From assembly GCA_000708835.1 (NCBI GenBank), contig DF236965.1, forward strand, positions 62,001 through 126,000: a stretch of DNA of 64,000 nt, in the 5' to 3' direction. Shown here piece after piece: positions 10,601-24,230 of the stretch. This stretch comes from Klebsormidium nitens (taxonomy: Eukaryota > Plantae > Klebsormidiophyceae). How positions within the stretch are numbered: the first letter of the stretch is position 1; every line of letters begins with the position of its first letter. Under the pieces are notes generated by a model that saw only the letters and a list, made by a program, of their open reading frames with translations, searched no databases and was not told the origin of the DNA. Position numbers and translations under genes: made by a program.

Positions 10601-13600
10601 AACCACTTGCACGGCCAGGGCAGGGGACGTGAGGCCTTTTCTCTGCTTACGCGAGTTATATGAATGTTCTGAAGTCCGTTATAACCTGCGCGTATGGATC
10701 CCGTTCTTCTTTCTGACACCGTTCAGCCGCATGCAGCGGGGTGTTGTGGATTTGAGATTTTATGTGACTTCTTTCCCGGGTGCATTCGTCTTTGTACTGT
10801 TCGCTGTGTTGTGGCTTTGAGATGTTATGTGGCTTTTCCTGCTGGGTACTTTTCTCATTTTATTTTTCTCGTTGGAGACTCGCCTCTGAGCAGCGGTGTT
10901 CATTTGAGTCCGTGAAAGGTCGGCTGTTTGACATCACTTCAGGTCAAGAAGGGCTTGAGCCTCCTTGTTGCAGTGGTGCAAAGTAGTGTCTCTCTGCTGG
11001 TGTTAACTCTGCGTGGGCTGCTGAGAAGGGTGCGCCGATGACGATAGCACAACGTTGTTGAGAACCGAACGCGAGCAACGGCTCGCTTGAGGAATTCTTC
11101 TTTGTCACTACCACCGAGGCGCCCCTCTCTACTTGGTACTATCCTGACCGAAGCTGAACTTACCTTTCTTCGGCTTTATCTTCTCGTCAAGAAAGAACCT
11201 TCTGCAGCCGATCCAACCTTCTTCCAGCTTCTCTTTTATGAAAACAACGAGTACTGCCGGGTTGAGTTCGTAGCGGTTTAGCTCTGAGTAGTTTGTCGAC
11301 TTCTCAATTGGACGTACGAGAGTCAATCGAGTTCAAAAAATGACGAGGAGTCCCCTGCCAAGGGTTTCAGCAGCAACCCAGACAGAAATTTGACGCAGAA
11401 AGATTGCAGGCAACACCCATTGAATTCTGAGATGCGTTTCTCGCAGGGCGGCCCCCGGGCGCGATGTGGCAGCCGCTCGCGCTGGACTGGGACGCGCGGA
11501 TGAAGATTGCGATCGGCGCCGCGCGCGGGCTGGCGTACCTGCACGAGGACTGCCAGCCGACGGTGATCCACCGCGACATGAAGGCGTCCAACATCTTGCT
11601 AGAGGACAACTTCCACGCCAAGGTCGCCGACTTCGGGCTCGCCAAGATCGCGCCCGACAACCGCAGCGACTACCTGACAACCAGGGTCATGGGGACCTTC
11701 GGGTGAGGCGCGGGGAGAGCGGCTCTGATAGGCCTTGTGATTGGATGTATACCCGCGCCCTTGCTGGGCCGCCCACAAGCAGACGATGAATGTCGAAAAG
11801 AGAGCGAAGGACACGGGGGACAAGGACCAAACCAAGGAAGTGCTTAGACTTCAGTGTATAGAAGTCGTGCGCACAAAGCCCTTGATCGTGTCGAAGCTGG
11901 GTCTTGGTTTGTTGTGCTCGGAGTTATCCACCTTCCCATTGGTCGGTTGACGCAGCGCACAATCGCTGCTGTACTTTCTTTCTTTCCCACTTACGTTTTC
12001 AATCCACTAGAAGCCAATATTGGTTGAGTGAGGAGGTGAGTATCCAAATTTGGAGCACGTCGTAATATGTTTCTGAAATCTCCTTTGTGGTGTGTAGGTA
12101 CGTTGCTCCGGAGTATGCGATGACCGGGCACATCATGGTGAAGAGCGACGTGTACAGCTACGGCGTGGTGCTCCTGGAGCTGCTCACCGGGCGCAAGCCG
12201 GTCGACATGTCGCAGCCGCAGGGGCAAGAGAACCTCGTCACTTATGTCAGTGCCCCCAGACGCCAACGCGCCTCGACGTAAACGCACCTATTCGTTGCCT
12301 TGTTACCATCTCGAAAGAGATTGCAGCCAAACTAAATTTGGCTCGTAAGAGTCTTGCCTGGACTGCTTTGCTTGGCAGCCAAAAGCCTCCTCCTTGACGG
12401 TTGAAGCGCGGCTTTCTCGCTCTCTTCCGGAGCATCCTCCAAGGAACGCGCAACTTTTGTAGGGCTGACTCGCGCTGTTCACTGCCCCTGTCTCCAGGCG
12501 CGGCCCTTATTGTCCGACCCCGATCGGGTGGAGGACCTGGTGGACCCCCGGCTGGGCGACGCGTTCCCCTTCGAAGACCTGCTCAAAGTCGCCACGATCG
12601 CCCTGGCGTGCGTCCACCCTGACCCCGCACGCAGGCCGCATATGGGAGAGGTGAGTGCTCAAGGGCTTGTTCGACGGTGAAGCATGTTGCATCCGGCAAG
12701 AGCGTACAAATGAGTCAGAAAATCGTGCGTGAGAAGCTTTATATGCCAGTTTTGGCTCTTTCCCAATCGTACTACGGTCCAGCAGTCTGTATGTTGGAAG
12801 GGGACAGGTCCAGAGTTGGGTCACGGTGGCGTGTCGGGCGGGAGCTGAGAGGAGTGTGAAGGAAAACCTCTGGAGCCTTTGGTCTCTTCAAGGAAGCTAT
12901 TGAAGCGTCGTCTCTCTTTGGAAGCATTTTCGAGCAGCGTGTAGGACTTGCGCCGTTGCTCCCTTAAGCATGGGATGACCTCTTGATTCACTTTGTGAAG
13001 CATTTGCTGAGCTTCTTTGCCCGACAATTGATCACCTTTAATCCAGGTTCTGTTTACTTGCTTGGAGACTGAGGTGACCCTGTCTGATTTGTCTTGCTTG
13101 GAAGATGTATTTACCCGAGGTTCCGCTTCCGCAGGTCGTCCAGAAGCTGCGGATGTTGCAGCGGTCCCCGGCCAACGGGGCGGAGAGCCACCAGAGCGAC
13201 GACTGCGCAACGGGGCGGGACATGGAAACGCTAGCGAGCACGCTCAGCGGACCCCTGCCAGCCTACACGCAGTCGCAGTAAGGCGCTTTTCCGGGGTATT
13301 CGACAGTTGTGAATACAGAGTCGCTGATCCACAAATCTGTTTCGGAGAGGTTTTGGATTGGACCACACCCTGTTTTAGAGAGCTGTTACCGTGTATTGGA
13401 CAGACAAGACCGGTGCTCGTTTTCACAGCGAATATGCGAACGCTGTGCTTGCTCTCTTCAAGGCTCCTGTTCTCAGTCTGCGGATTTGGACCGACTATTC
13501 GTGTCGCCTCGCTTATCACTGCGGCAGAGAACGTTTGGGATCGAGTTGAGGAACGACGATCTGGTTTTGTTCGCAGGAGCACAGCCCAGATGTCCCCTGG

Positions 13601-13872
13601 CGCTCTTCGACCTTCTTTTTCTTTCTCTGATGTCTTTTTCCCGCTCCTTATCTCCCAGGCCCTTCCCGGGGGGGTACATGTCGACCGCGTACCCCCGCTT
13701 CCCTATGCACCGCTCCATGGAGCTGCCCCCCCACACAACGAGCTCGAGGTTCCAGTCGGAGAACATGAGCGTCGGGGATACCGACTCGATGCGCTCGCAG
13801 TCGATCATGCTCGATCACGACCAGCTGGCGCGAACCACGGTCTTCAGCGAGGGCCTCGAGGAAGGCCGGTAG
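4672..13872 (+). CDS. Extensin-like (ALE2/At4g02010-type) receptor-like Ser/Thr kinase with a Pro/Thr/Ala-rich ectodomain
   Basis: Exons: 4672-4741 (signal peptide [23 protein letters not shown]), 5714-6814 (Pro-rich), 7942-8295 (folded ectodomain ..[21 protein letters not shown]), 8673-8939 (TM), 9470-9702 ([15 protein letters not shown]), 10448-~10628, 11447-11702 ([14 protein letters not shown]), 12098-12245 (YVAPEY, SDVYSYG), 12498-12650, 13135-13277 and 13659-13872 (ends [13 protein letters not shown], like the family's SEDLHEGR tail). Confidence 0.9.
6351..6515 (+). repeat. 57-nt coding tandem repeat, ~3 copies (TVNE[ST][14 protein letters not shown])
   Basis: [19 protein letters not shown] / [19 protein letters not shown] / [17 protein letters not shown], near-identical at the DNA level. 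Confidence 0.9.
9981..10480 (+). repeat. Degenerate ~100-110 bp tandem array of the 3' splice site plus head of a kinase exon
   Basis: Variants of ctgcag|gtgggcggccaccagggcgaccgcgag start at 10033, ~10133 (degenerate), 10231, 10337 and 10448 (functional copy). The spacer blocks tgacactctt and gcttcaagtagc also recur. Confidence 0.85.
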
Positions 13873-15802
13873 CGGCATCGGCGCGCGGGGGAGGCGGTCG
13901 GGGCGGGGAGTGCACGGGATGCCGACCGATGGGCTTGACAGGTGTCCGAGGTAGGACCGTGATCGCGCGATGCTCGGAGGGTTTGTTCACGAATGTGGAG
14001 AGAGGAGGGGGATTACGGCAGCTGATACGGATCCTGAGTTGTGCGAAGAAGGTCGCGCTGCGGAAGCGCGAAAAGGGTGCGGGAAAAAGGGGCGGAAAGG
14101 TGGTGAGCTCCAGCCGGGGCCTCTGCTGATGGACGTCAGCTTGTATTTTAGGACGCGTCCGAACACGTAGGATACTGACCACAACGTCTCGCAGTCGAGT
14201 CTATAGAGGTCGTCTTATAATGGGTGGCACCGTCAAAACAGGACTTGGGGTTTTGGAGAAAGTTGTCACATTAACTGCCTTATTGCATCTAACCATCTTA
14301 GTTGAAAAACCTCTAAAAGCATGGCGTGTATGCAGACTTAAGCATACCGCTGGATTGACCAGCATGATCAACTGGAATTCAAGATACACACATCTGCGGT
14401 GGCCTCCTCGTCGATCCCCCAGTAGATTTTGGATGTATGAGCCTGGCGTGTATGTCTATGATCTTGATAAGGTTTTATTATGCGGAATATATAGACATGG
14501 TCGCCTGATAGAACGATGTTCCTCTCTTGCTGGGGGCATGCATGAAATACCCCGCCTAGGGGTGCTGTAGCTCAGCGTCGGTAGGCCATCTCGCGCATTC
14601 AATTGCATCACAAAGTCGATAATCGACAGCCGCCCATGCACATGGAGCAGTTATAGTACTTTGGTTTTGGGCCGTGCCCGGGGCCGTGTCTTGCTTTGGC
14701 GCCTTAAGCACTAGGCCCGCGCCCACGTTGGGTATTTGGCATGACGCGCGTTCCAAACAATTGCGCGCGTCCATATCCATTCAATTTCACATATTCGAAT
14801 TGACGCCAGCGCTGTGTTGACAAAGATTTCTTGCATGAAGCAAACCACTAAAGAGTCGGCGCAAATTCGCAACGATCATCAGAACCTTCTTCGGATCTGA
14901 AGATGGCGTCGATCTTCGGATAAGCGCTTGCAACTCATGATCGCCGCCGCGCCCTTATTGTTGTCCGACTGGGCTCGCTCCTGTCCCTGCTAGTAAGTTG
15001 CTAAAAAGGGCAGAGGCCGGCGTGGCTGTGCGCCCCGTATCTCTTCACATAGCGATGTCGCCGATTCTCCGCTGTAGGATGGCCGGACCCGCCGGATTCA
15101 CGTGCCCTACCACAGGCCCTCATTGTCACCACAATGCAATGGGATCGTACGACGCTCGAGTTGCGAGCCTAGGCTAGCACATGCACACTTTGTATTTCTT
15201 ATGTGTAAGATAGAGCTACAGTAGTTTAAAGTACGCTGTGTCAATTGCAGATACGATGTGACGTTCGGACAAGAAGTCGGGGCTGATCGATCGTGGAAAT
15301 ACTGACTCCGCTAGCAGCTAGGCAGCAGTCAAGGCTGGTCCACTCTAGCGCACTAGACATCAACACAGCCGCCTCTTACGCCAAGCTGATCGTCGAATAA
15401 TGACGACATACCTCCGCTGTATGCCGTGATCCACCAAATTCTTAGCATGCTCACCGGCTTCAAGAGGTAATATTCTTTTGGGACGAGGGCTCTCGATCAG
15501 GCCCAAAAAGGATAAAGCGCCGAAACAGACGCTGTAGAGAGCTGACACGCCTAGCAAACATGGTACAATCCCGCTTTGGAGCACGTAACTCTCATTTGTA
15601 TCTCTCAAAACAATTGGTTTACACACAATGGAGAGAATGCCAGCTACTTTTTGATAGGTAGCAGAGAGGAAAAAGAAGTCACCCCTGCCTTCTAAAAGCG
15701 TCAGGCCTTTTTGGCAACCAAGGTGGGGCCCACCTCCAAAGGGATTCTCCCCACGCATTGGGTACCATCCTTTTTTCCAGGCAGCTTATTGAAAGGGAAG
15801 AT

Positions 15803-17819
15803 ATGGCTTCCGCAGAAGGGGCCCCCGGCGGGCAGCCCCAGGCCAGTTCGAGAAACCCACCAGAGGGGAAGTGTGTCCTGTGCGCGCTCGAAAATTCCCT
15901 GCCTTCGACGCGCGCGCTGCAGTTCGTGCTGGAGAAGCTGGTGCGCGCGGAGCAGGGGGACAAGCTCGTCCTGTTCGAGGCGGCCAAAGCAGTAGACCGT
16001 AAGATAACCTTCTGCCACGTGCCACGAATTTAACAAATTGGTTGAAAAGAACGAAGAAGCTCGTGGACTTTTCTGGGCATTGTTTACTTACATGGGCTGC
16101 CGCTCTTTGATTGCAGCGGATAGCTGACACGCTGCGGACTCATCGTCATGTGCAGATACCAAGCTCTCGTACTGAGCTGGAAGCTTCTGGAGTCGTGATC
16201 AGTCTTTGTTGAAAGTCTTTTAAAACAATCAGTTCATCTTTGTAATGGTTCACATCTTTGACTCCAGGCTTAGTCTCAGTTTGTGCGGATGGTCGTGAGC
16301 GGGTAATGCAAGTTCGATACTTCCGTACGCGCCTACTGATTTCGCCTCGCCTTCGCATGCGCCAAAACATTCGATCGAAGCTGGCTTTTTGTCTCCGACG
16401 TCTCTTCGTGCGCAAGTTTCTTGGCGATTGCGGAGAAGGAAGGGCATTGCAAATATGTAACTGTGCAGGACTTTCTTTCCCCCTCTTCATTTGGCTCATC
16501 TGAAGGCCACCAAGGAGGCAAGAGACCTTTCCAACAAGCCACGTTGTGCGAATCCAGGGATTTTTCGGCCGACATATCCGGTTTCTCCGCAGATCACGAC
16601 GACCCCGCAACTGCCTTCAAGTCCGACCCCGAGTTGTGCCTGCAACAGGAGCACCTCGAGCGGCAGTGCCGGAGCTACCTGGAGAACTTGCGGGAAGGCC
16701 TCGGCAAGGCAAGTGGCAGACCTCGGCAATTGGTCCCCTGACGGACAGAATTATCTTCCTTTTGTAGCGACAACGAATCAGCTTGAATCAAGAAGGATTT
16801 TCCACGTGTGTCCGTCTTGTTTGCAGATTTAGCTCCCCGAAAGTGCCCTGTAATTCTTGGATACGAGCAAGAAAACCCGCTGGGATTGAATTGCGTTTAG
16901 AACTGATCTTCGGACAGGAGTTATCCTACCCGGTTTCGGAAGGGCAACATGCAAAGCTTCGGACGTGGTCCCCAGTGCATTAACCCGACTGGCGCCGTCT
17001 GACATGTTTTCTCTTCAGGGACTTTGCAGAGCCTCCTGTTCACAGGCTTGAGAATCAACCCACAAGAATACCTTGCTGAATGAACGGAAGACATGGCAGT
17101 GGGCAAAGCTTGCTCTGGAACCGTCTCTTGAACGGGCTTTCCGCCCTGCAGATCACGACCGAAGTGGTGGTCCAGAAAGGCGACCCCCGGCAGCTGATCC
17201 CCGACTACGTTGCCGAGCACGAGGTGGACATGGTCGTGGTCGGGGCGCGAGGCCTGGGCAAGTACAAGAGGTGCGCCAAACATCTGTCCTTGTAAAAGGT
17301 GGAAAAGTTGCGTGAAAGGAAGATGCAGAACTGTATCTCGTGGCCGTCCTCTGTGCAGTGCAGTCATAAACCAATGGGCGGAATGGGCGAGAGCGGAGGG
17401 CAAGTTTCTGAGAAGTTTTCTCGGTTGTCCGTCAGTTCCGAAAACGGTAGGACGCTTTGGGCTGTTGTATGGGTTGGAAAAGCAGCGCAGCAGTCGCCGT
17501 CCGATTACGCTAGACTACAGCTACAAATCCTCGAAGAGAATCGTTTTCGTCAGACCACCGTTTGTTTCTGGCTTCTCTTGCAGCAGTGGGCGCAGCCTTT
17601 TGCTTACGAACGAGGCAATGGGAAGTTGAGTGACGCTCTCGCGTGCTTCGTCCGTTCTGATTCTCGCCGTGCAACTCCACTTGCAGCCTCATACTCGGCA
17701 GCGTAAGCGCGCACCTGGTGAGGCCCTGCCCGGTGCCCGTTCTGGTCGTCCCCAGTAATCCCAAGAACCAAAAGGACCGACGTCCGGACGCTTCAAAGCC
17801 GCCGACCTCAGATACGTAG
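15803..17819 (+). CDS. Universal stress protein (UspA domain)
   Basis: Exons 15803-15997, 16593-16708 (GC donor), 17152-17270 and 17687-17819. Motifs GDPRQLI, DMVVVGARGLGKYKSLILGSVS (G-x2-G-x9-GS ATP motif) and PCPVPVLVV. Probable 5'UTR intron at ~15467-15780. Confidence 0.88.
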
Positions 17820-19269
17820 CAGCGCACCACTTAGTCCGGCTTCTACAGTGTACGAAGTTCGAAGCAGGCTGGACATTTGTCGTCACTATTCCTGAATAGC
17901 GGCGCTGGCAAGAATGCGTGGTCTCTCAGCCGAAGTCAGGCAGGCTGAGATGAACGGGGAAAACATGTATGTGGGAGAACCGTACGTTCTCTCGTCAGGA
18001 GACGTAAGCTAGAAAGGTACGATCGGACAAAAAGTCGAACGGCTCTGTGAGTCTTTCCATAGATATCGGTGTTAGAGGTTGTACTGCTTGTAGTCGCAAC
18101 TATAGGCAAGCGAAACCCATGGTCTCTTTTATTCCGGCAATTAGCTGGCGAATCAAAGCGCTTGCAACTAAGCTGTCGGTACAGTACTACGCCCTATGCT
18201 GGCAGTTGGTACGTGCCGAAGTAGAACGTGGCTTCCGAACTCGAACTTGAATTCATAAGCCGATAAGCCCTTGCGGATTAGGTCTTAAGCGGCAGTCGAT
18301 CTACTGGTCGACCACTTGCTTGAGCGCTAGTAATACATCGACGTATATAACTGAAGCGCAGCTAGCGCACTTTTCAGTGCTTTCCGCCCGTCGACCACTT
18401 GCTATCCAAGCGCCCGGCCGAGGGCGCTCTAGAGCTGGTATGCCGTTGGGAGTGCCATTCATGATATCGCTATACATAGCTACTTGAAGCGATAGGGAAG
18501 GAAGTGAGGCGATGTCGGAGTGCGGGAAACTCAGCGACGGACATTGAGGCATCAGGCTCTCATGCGGTGGGATCTCAAGTTCACGCATGACGATCTACTT
18601 TATATTAGATCAGCAATGCCCCTTTGTCCAGTTTGTCCAGAACATCGACCAGCGCGGTATCAGCTAAGAAGATCCAAGAAAGGAACGAAATTTTGCAGCG
18701 CAGACGACAGTGCAGAATCATACCGTCGTTTCTATCACACCTTGCTCCTCACGCTGTACTGATCGTCCTGTTCACCCCTGTTCACGCCTTTTCACAAGAA
18801 ATTCCGTGGTCCCAGGCTCCACAAACTGCTGATGGGCTCGCAGCTCTAGTTATCCTCTACTTACCGAGTCGCTAATTTGCCAATAACAACTTCCTCGCTT
18901 TGGCAGCATCCACATCGTTGATCCTTGATCCGACGGTGAGAGCGTCTACTCAAAGCGAATTGCCAGGTTCTGTGCGCTGGTAGACTCGTACCGTCCGATT
19001 GACATATTTATCATCCTACCGTTAAAGTTCATTAAAGCAACCCCCTGCGCGCGGGCGCAGCTCCCTTGATCAGCATGCTTGGCACCACTGGGCCTAGAAA
19101 GTATTTTGGCTTTGGCCGCTTTGCTCTTTTCTTTGTCCTTGGATCCAATTTCGCACAGCTTTCATATCAAAGAAGAGAAAGGTGGTGGAGCATTCAGCTG
19201 TCCCAGGATTCCACTGATTGCTTAAATTGGAACGCAGGCTTGGCGCCATCCATCCCTAATTCAGTCACC

Positions 19270-22200
19270 ATGCCGGGTGCTGCATCTCACGCGGGTGCCA
19301 AGGCGGAACGCTATATTGATAACAAGAGGAAAGATGATGTTCGGACAATGAACATGGTGGCTGCAAAAGCCGTCGCAGATGCAGTGAGGACAAGCTTGGG
19401 GCCACGGGGTATGGATAAGATGCTCACGACTGCAAATGGAGAAGTTATCATCACCAATGACGGTGCCACAATTTTGCAGAAGGTCAGCTGCAATCTGCCT
19501 TCCTTGAGACTCTGCATTTTCAGGCCAGGGAAATTTTACAGGTGGTTGTGGAACCAAAACTGACTGATCTGCCGTGGGGTCAGAAGTGGTGTGGTTCCGG
19601 AGTTCTGCAATTGCTGGAGCAGCTTCCTTGTTTCCTCTGATCAAGAATTTGGTCAGTGCAAATGCATCAGACAATCTCAGCAGGATTGCTTTGATTCAAT
19701 TGCAGATGGACGTGACGCAGCCAGCTGCAAAGATGTTTGTGGAGCTCTCAAAGTCGCAGGATGTGGTGGCTGGTGATGGAACGACCTCAGGTAAGGATAT
19801 GATTCACCGCCGTTGAAATGTCAGGCCCGCTAAAGTTTTACATCAAAACGGGCAGCTAATAAGGTTTCACTTGTGGGATCCGGGAGCGAGTCACTTGCAC
19901 ATTTTGCTCCGTGCCTTTCAAGGTTTGAAGGACTAAGCTGATGGATGTCATCCTGGGCCTTTAGCGTAAAGGATCCATAAGTCGCTGAACTACCACCTTT
20001 TTCTGCCTAAGTTACACGAATGAGAAAGCTGATAGCTGTTGTATAACTTGAATCATCGTTATATGGCAGTGGTCGTCCTGGCGGGTGCACTTCTGAGACA
20101 GAGCCTCAACCTACTTGCGAAGGGAGTCCATCCCACTGTGATCTCGGAAGCTCTTCACAAAGCGTCCGATAAAGCAGTAGAGGTAAGCAGCTTCAACGCG
20201 TATCCGTTTCTGATGGCCGCGGCGAGTGATGTTGATTTTAGACAAGCTTGGTGGGCCCTGCCAGTGATGTTGTTTGTACACAAGCTTCACACGCCCTCTG
20301 TTGCTCCATAGGATTGCTCCAAGTTGCAATTGAGTAATAGGAAGGGGTGTGCCCATCTCTGGTACATGAAAAGCGTAGAGAGTCTTGAACGCCAGCACTC
20401 TGATTCCTATAAGTCGATTTTGCAGGTGCTCACCAACATGGCAACCCCTGTCAAGCTGAGCGACAAGGAAACACTGGTCCGGAGTGCAACAACTTCTCTT
20501 GGGAGCAAAGTAAGCACTTCTGATTTGATATGAGCAGCACTATATCAGCTGTAGTAGTAGAGGTCACCTCGGCATTTGATTGTATGGTTTGATTGTATGG
20601 GTAGTCGCATAGGTAGCTGGGTGTCCTTCTGAGACTGCCGCACGACTCCCCTGCAAGCATTCTCAATGAAACCTTCGTTATGACAGTTTGAGTCACTTTA
20701 CAGGTCCTTGTTTCTGATTTGAATGTGTTATTCGCAGGTGGTCAGTCAATATTCTTCTCTACTGGCACCAATCGCGGTAGAATCTGTTCTGAGCGTCATC
20801 GATCCTGCACGTCCGGATAGAGTGGACCTTCGGGACATCAAGATGGTCAAGAAGCTGGGGGGGACGGTGAGCGTTGCCTGCTGCTTAGCCGCTCGCTCAT
20901 TCAACACCTTTGCTTGTAGACTCTGGTTAACAACTGGTTAACAATGGTTGTCGGGCTGCCATCCGAAGCTGCTTGCGCATCCGCATAAAGTAGAAAGGAA
21001 GGTCCAAGGTTAGCCCAGAAACGACCTGGCTCGGAGATAGCATCAAGAGCTTCTGTGCTTATCAATGTACTTCACCATTTCTAAGTGCTGCATCCTCGCG
21101 CATTAGCTGTTTGAGAACAAAGTTAGGCTGTCCAGTACCCAAGGTCTCCTCTCTAGGCTTCTTCCGGTTTCAGCCCCCTGACATTCTCGCCGTGTGGGCA
21201 GATCGACGATACTGAGCTTATCGACGGCCTGGTGTTCGATCAGAAGGCTAGCCGGTCTGCTGGGGGCCCAACGAGGGTGGAAAACGCCAAGATCGGCCTC
21301 ATACAGTTCCAGATCTCGCCACCAAAGACGGACATTGAGCAGAACGTCATCGTCTCCGACTACACGCAGGTAGCCTACGGTGTCTCTTCACTCTGAGTAT
21401 GCTTCAATAGGTTTGAGGTCTGAGTGCATAACATAGGATTCAAACTGGGCAGCGCAGTGGATGATTCAATTGACTGGCTTCCTACATCTGAACTGCACTG
21501 GAATGCGTTGGATTTGAAAATTGCCAACGTTTTTTAAAGTCCCTACGTTTCTGGTTGTTTGGTCCTCCGGGATCCTCATTGTCTACGAACGATTGAGCCG
21601 CCAGGGTGGAGGTCGCCAAGCTCTTTCAACATGTTCAAAGCTTGCCTTGGCATGTTTCAAACGTTTGCAATCTCATCTGCAGATGGATCGGATCCTGAAG
21701 GAGGAGAGGAACTACATCTTGTCGATGATCAAGAAGATCCGGGCCACGGGCTGCAACGTCCTCCTCATCCAGAAAAGCATCCTGAGAGATGCCGTCACGG
21801 ACCTCTCCCTCCATTATCTAGCAAAGGCCAAGATCCTTGTCGTCAAGGTGAGACACTTTGACGTTCTGCAAAATGTGTCAAGGTACATTCCCACAGATGA
21901 AATTTGATGCGGCGCTAGGCTTGGAAGTTTACTTGATCGCAAAGCAAGTGCTGAGAATTCTCAGTCATGTCTTAGTTGCGTTTGCTGTTGATTCAGGACG
22001 TAGAGCGCGACGACATTGAGTTCATCAGCAAGACGCTGCACTGCCTGCCCATCTCGAACATCGACCACTTCCGTGGGGAGAAGCTGGGGCATGCGGACCT
22101 GGTCGAAGAGGTCCACGTGGGGAGTGGCAAGGTGAGCGAGCTGGTCTGTTAAAGGAGCGTAGTACAGGAAGTCCATTTCTTTCACTCCACGTTTCCTGGG

Positions 22201-23742
22201 ACCCAGATTGGTTGCACTACTTTTTCAGTCCGTCCGAAATCATTGGCAAATCATTTCAGTGCGCGTTTCCGAGCTTGAGAATGTTTCACCAGGTGAACAA
22301 TTCCTTTTCCAAGGCTATCAATGAGGAAGCCGCAGCTCAAGAAAGCGTTCTGGCGGCCCGTACTATGTCTAGCACCACAGGCCTTTTCAGGAACTGCTTC
22401 TTCTGACTTTCATAACATGTTTGCGATGCACCTTCTTTGTCATCACCGACTCTTGGATCTTCTTTGTGCAGATTGTGAAGGTCACGGGCATCAAGGACAA
22501 AGGGCAGACTTCGTCGATTGTCGTACGGGGATCGAACCAGCTGGTAAGGCCACCTAGCTTGGTGATGGATTTGCCTCCCTCTGAAGGAGCCATGCACTTT
22601 AGCTAGCCTAAAAGCAGGTGGCGTCAGCAAGCGGCTTTCGTTTCCAAGTACTCGAGCTTTATCAGCAGTTTTGTCGTGATTGCGGGGTGCACATGGGCAG
22701 GCTTCAGATAGTCAAAGGTTCAAGTCTTGAGGTCGTTTTGCAATCCTCCTGTCATGTGATCTGCAATTCTGCCTGCAAACGAGCTGACACGGATCTGTAA
22801 CCTTTTGTAAGACCGTTCTGTTGAAGAGGACCGTTGCCCAAGCTTGTTGCTTGGCCCAGCGACTAGAAGCATTGACTTGGATTATGACTTTTCTGACGCG
22901 CTCTCAATCTGGTTGCTTCCTTCTTGCAGGTGCTCGACGAGGCGGAACGCAGCCTGCACGACGCGCAGTGCGTGGTCCGGTGTCTGGTGCAGAAGCCGTT
23001 CCTGATTGCTGGAGGCGGCGCCCCGGAGATCGAGGTGTCTCGTCAGCTGGGGTCGTGGGCAAAGACGCTGCTCGGGATGGAGAGCTACTGCATCAAGGCA
23101 TTCGCAGAGGCAATGGAGGTGAGTTTTGACAAGGGCACTTCTGCAAGCCAGAACTGGGACATCTTTGGTTGGATGCTTAGCAAGCTTGACGTCCTAGCTC
23201 GTTCATTATCTTTTAGGGTGCAGGAGCATCATTGGAAGGACCGCCTCAAGTATGCGTAAAGTGGCGATCCGGTCGTTGCCGAATTCACCCGACTGTAGCA
23301 CAAACCTCGAAGTGGATGTCCGAAGTTGTTTTACAGAAACCGCACCTCCGTTTGTAACCGTGCCGTAAACATACATCTTGAGACCTGTAGCAGCTTCTGC
23401 AGATCAGTCACGCCGCAGATGACGCGAGTGTCGTCGATCCAGAATACGTTTTGCAGCGGGCTCTGTCTCAAGCCTGCTTGACCTCGCTCGTGAATGCAGA
23501 TTATCCCATACACTCTGGCGGAGAACGCCGGCCTCAACCCCATCCAAATTGTGACCGAGCTTCGGAACCGGCACGCGAACGGGGAGATCAACACGGGCAT
23601 CAACGTTAGGAAAGGGGTGGTGACCAACATCTTAGACGAGAAGGTGGTGCAGCCGCTGCTGGTCAGCACCAGCGCCATCTCTCTGGCGGCAGAGTGCGTC
23701 AGGATGATTCTGAAGATCGATGACATCGTTCTTGTCAGGTAA
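19270..23742 (+). CDS. CCT4: T-complex protein 1 subunit delta (chaperonin CCT4)
   Basis: 11 exons: 19270-19482, 19706-19790, 20070-20182, 20426-20509, 20738-20866, 21202-21369, 21683-21847, 21997-22131, 22472-22543, 22930-23118 and 23500-23742. Motifs [53 protein letters not shown] and [13 protein letters not shown]. Confidence 0.96.
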
Positions 23743-24080
23743 TCTGGCCTGACGGGGCGGAGAGTACACATGCTGCCGGCCGACGAGCGCGATCAATCCT
23801 TAATGTTGGTTAAGGTTTAGTCAACAGATCCGCTCTTCCCATACTCGCTTGTGAAAGCATTTCGTTCCACGCTGAGCTGTGCTGCGATGCGCTCAGATGT
23901 AAGAATTTGCCGGGGTCGATATCTTTTGTTGCATCTATGTTGACTTGCATGTGTACTTAGCCTGCGCCGGGGCCTGATGAGTCACATGGACGAGGGCGGC
24001 TGCTGCAAATGTTTCTATAATCCTATCGTGCTATCTTTCATGAAAAATTGACGATTGCGCACTTCGACAATCTCGGCGGT

Positions 24081-24230
24081 TCATGTGCATGTATTCGTAC
24101 AATGATTCTAGTGTACACACACACGTACTGATGCGTGTGCTCATATGCATGCATTGAATTATATCATGCCACGTGACGTATATATGCACATTAAGTCTTG
24201 CCACCGGCACGTAGCATGTGGATCAAGTTC
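24081..24230. other. Alternating purine-pyrimidine (CATG/RY-rich) island with a G-box, between convergent CCT4 and PHT1
   Basis: gtgtacacacacacgtac, catatgcatgcat and gtatatatgcac tracts; CACGTG at 24170-24175. Confidence 0.5.

Noticed and set aside
10612-10630. Possible GC donor after LHG in the kinase (10615 or 10620)
   Set aside because: A canonical GTGAGG donor at 10629 is phase-compatible with the 11447 acceptor. The alternatives cannot be separated without transcripts.
13062-14129. 355-aa ORF at the kinase 3' end
   Set aside because: It is an alternative frame spanning two real exons and an intron, with no recognisable domain.
18301-18960. Possible small minus-strand gene between USP and CCT4 (ORF 18301-18588, donor at ~18866, 14-bp repeat gtcgaccacttgct twice)
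   Set aside because: No consistent exon chain or recognisable protein could be built.
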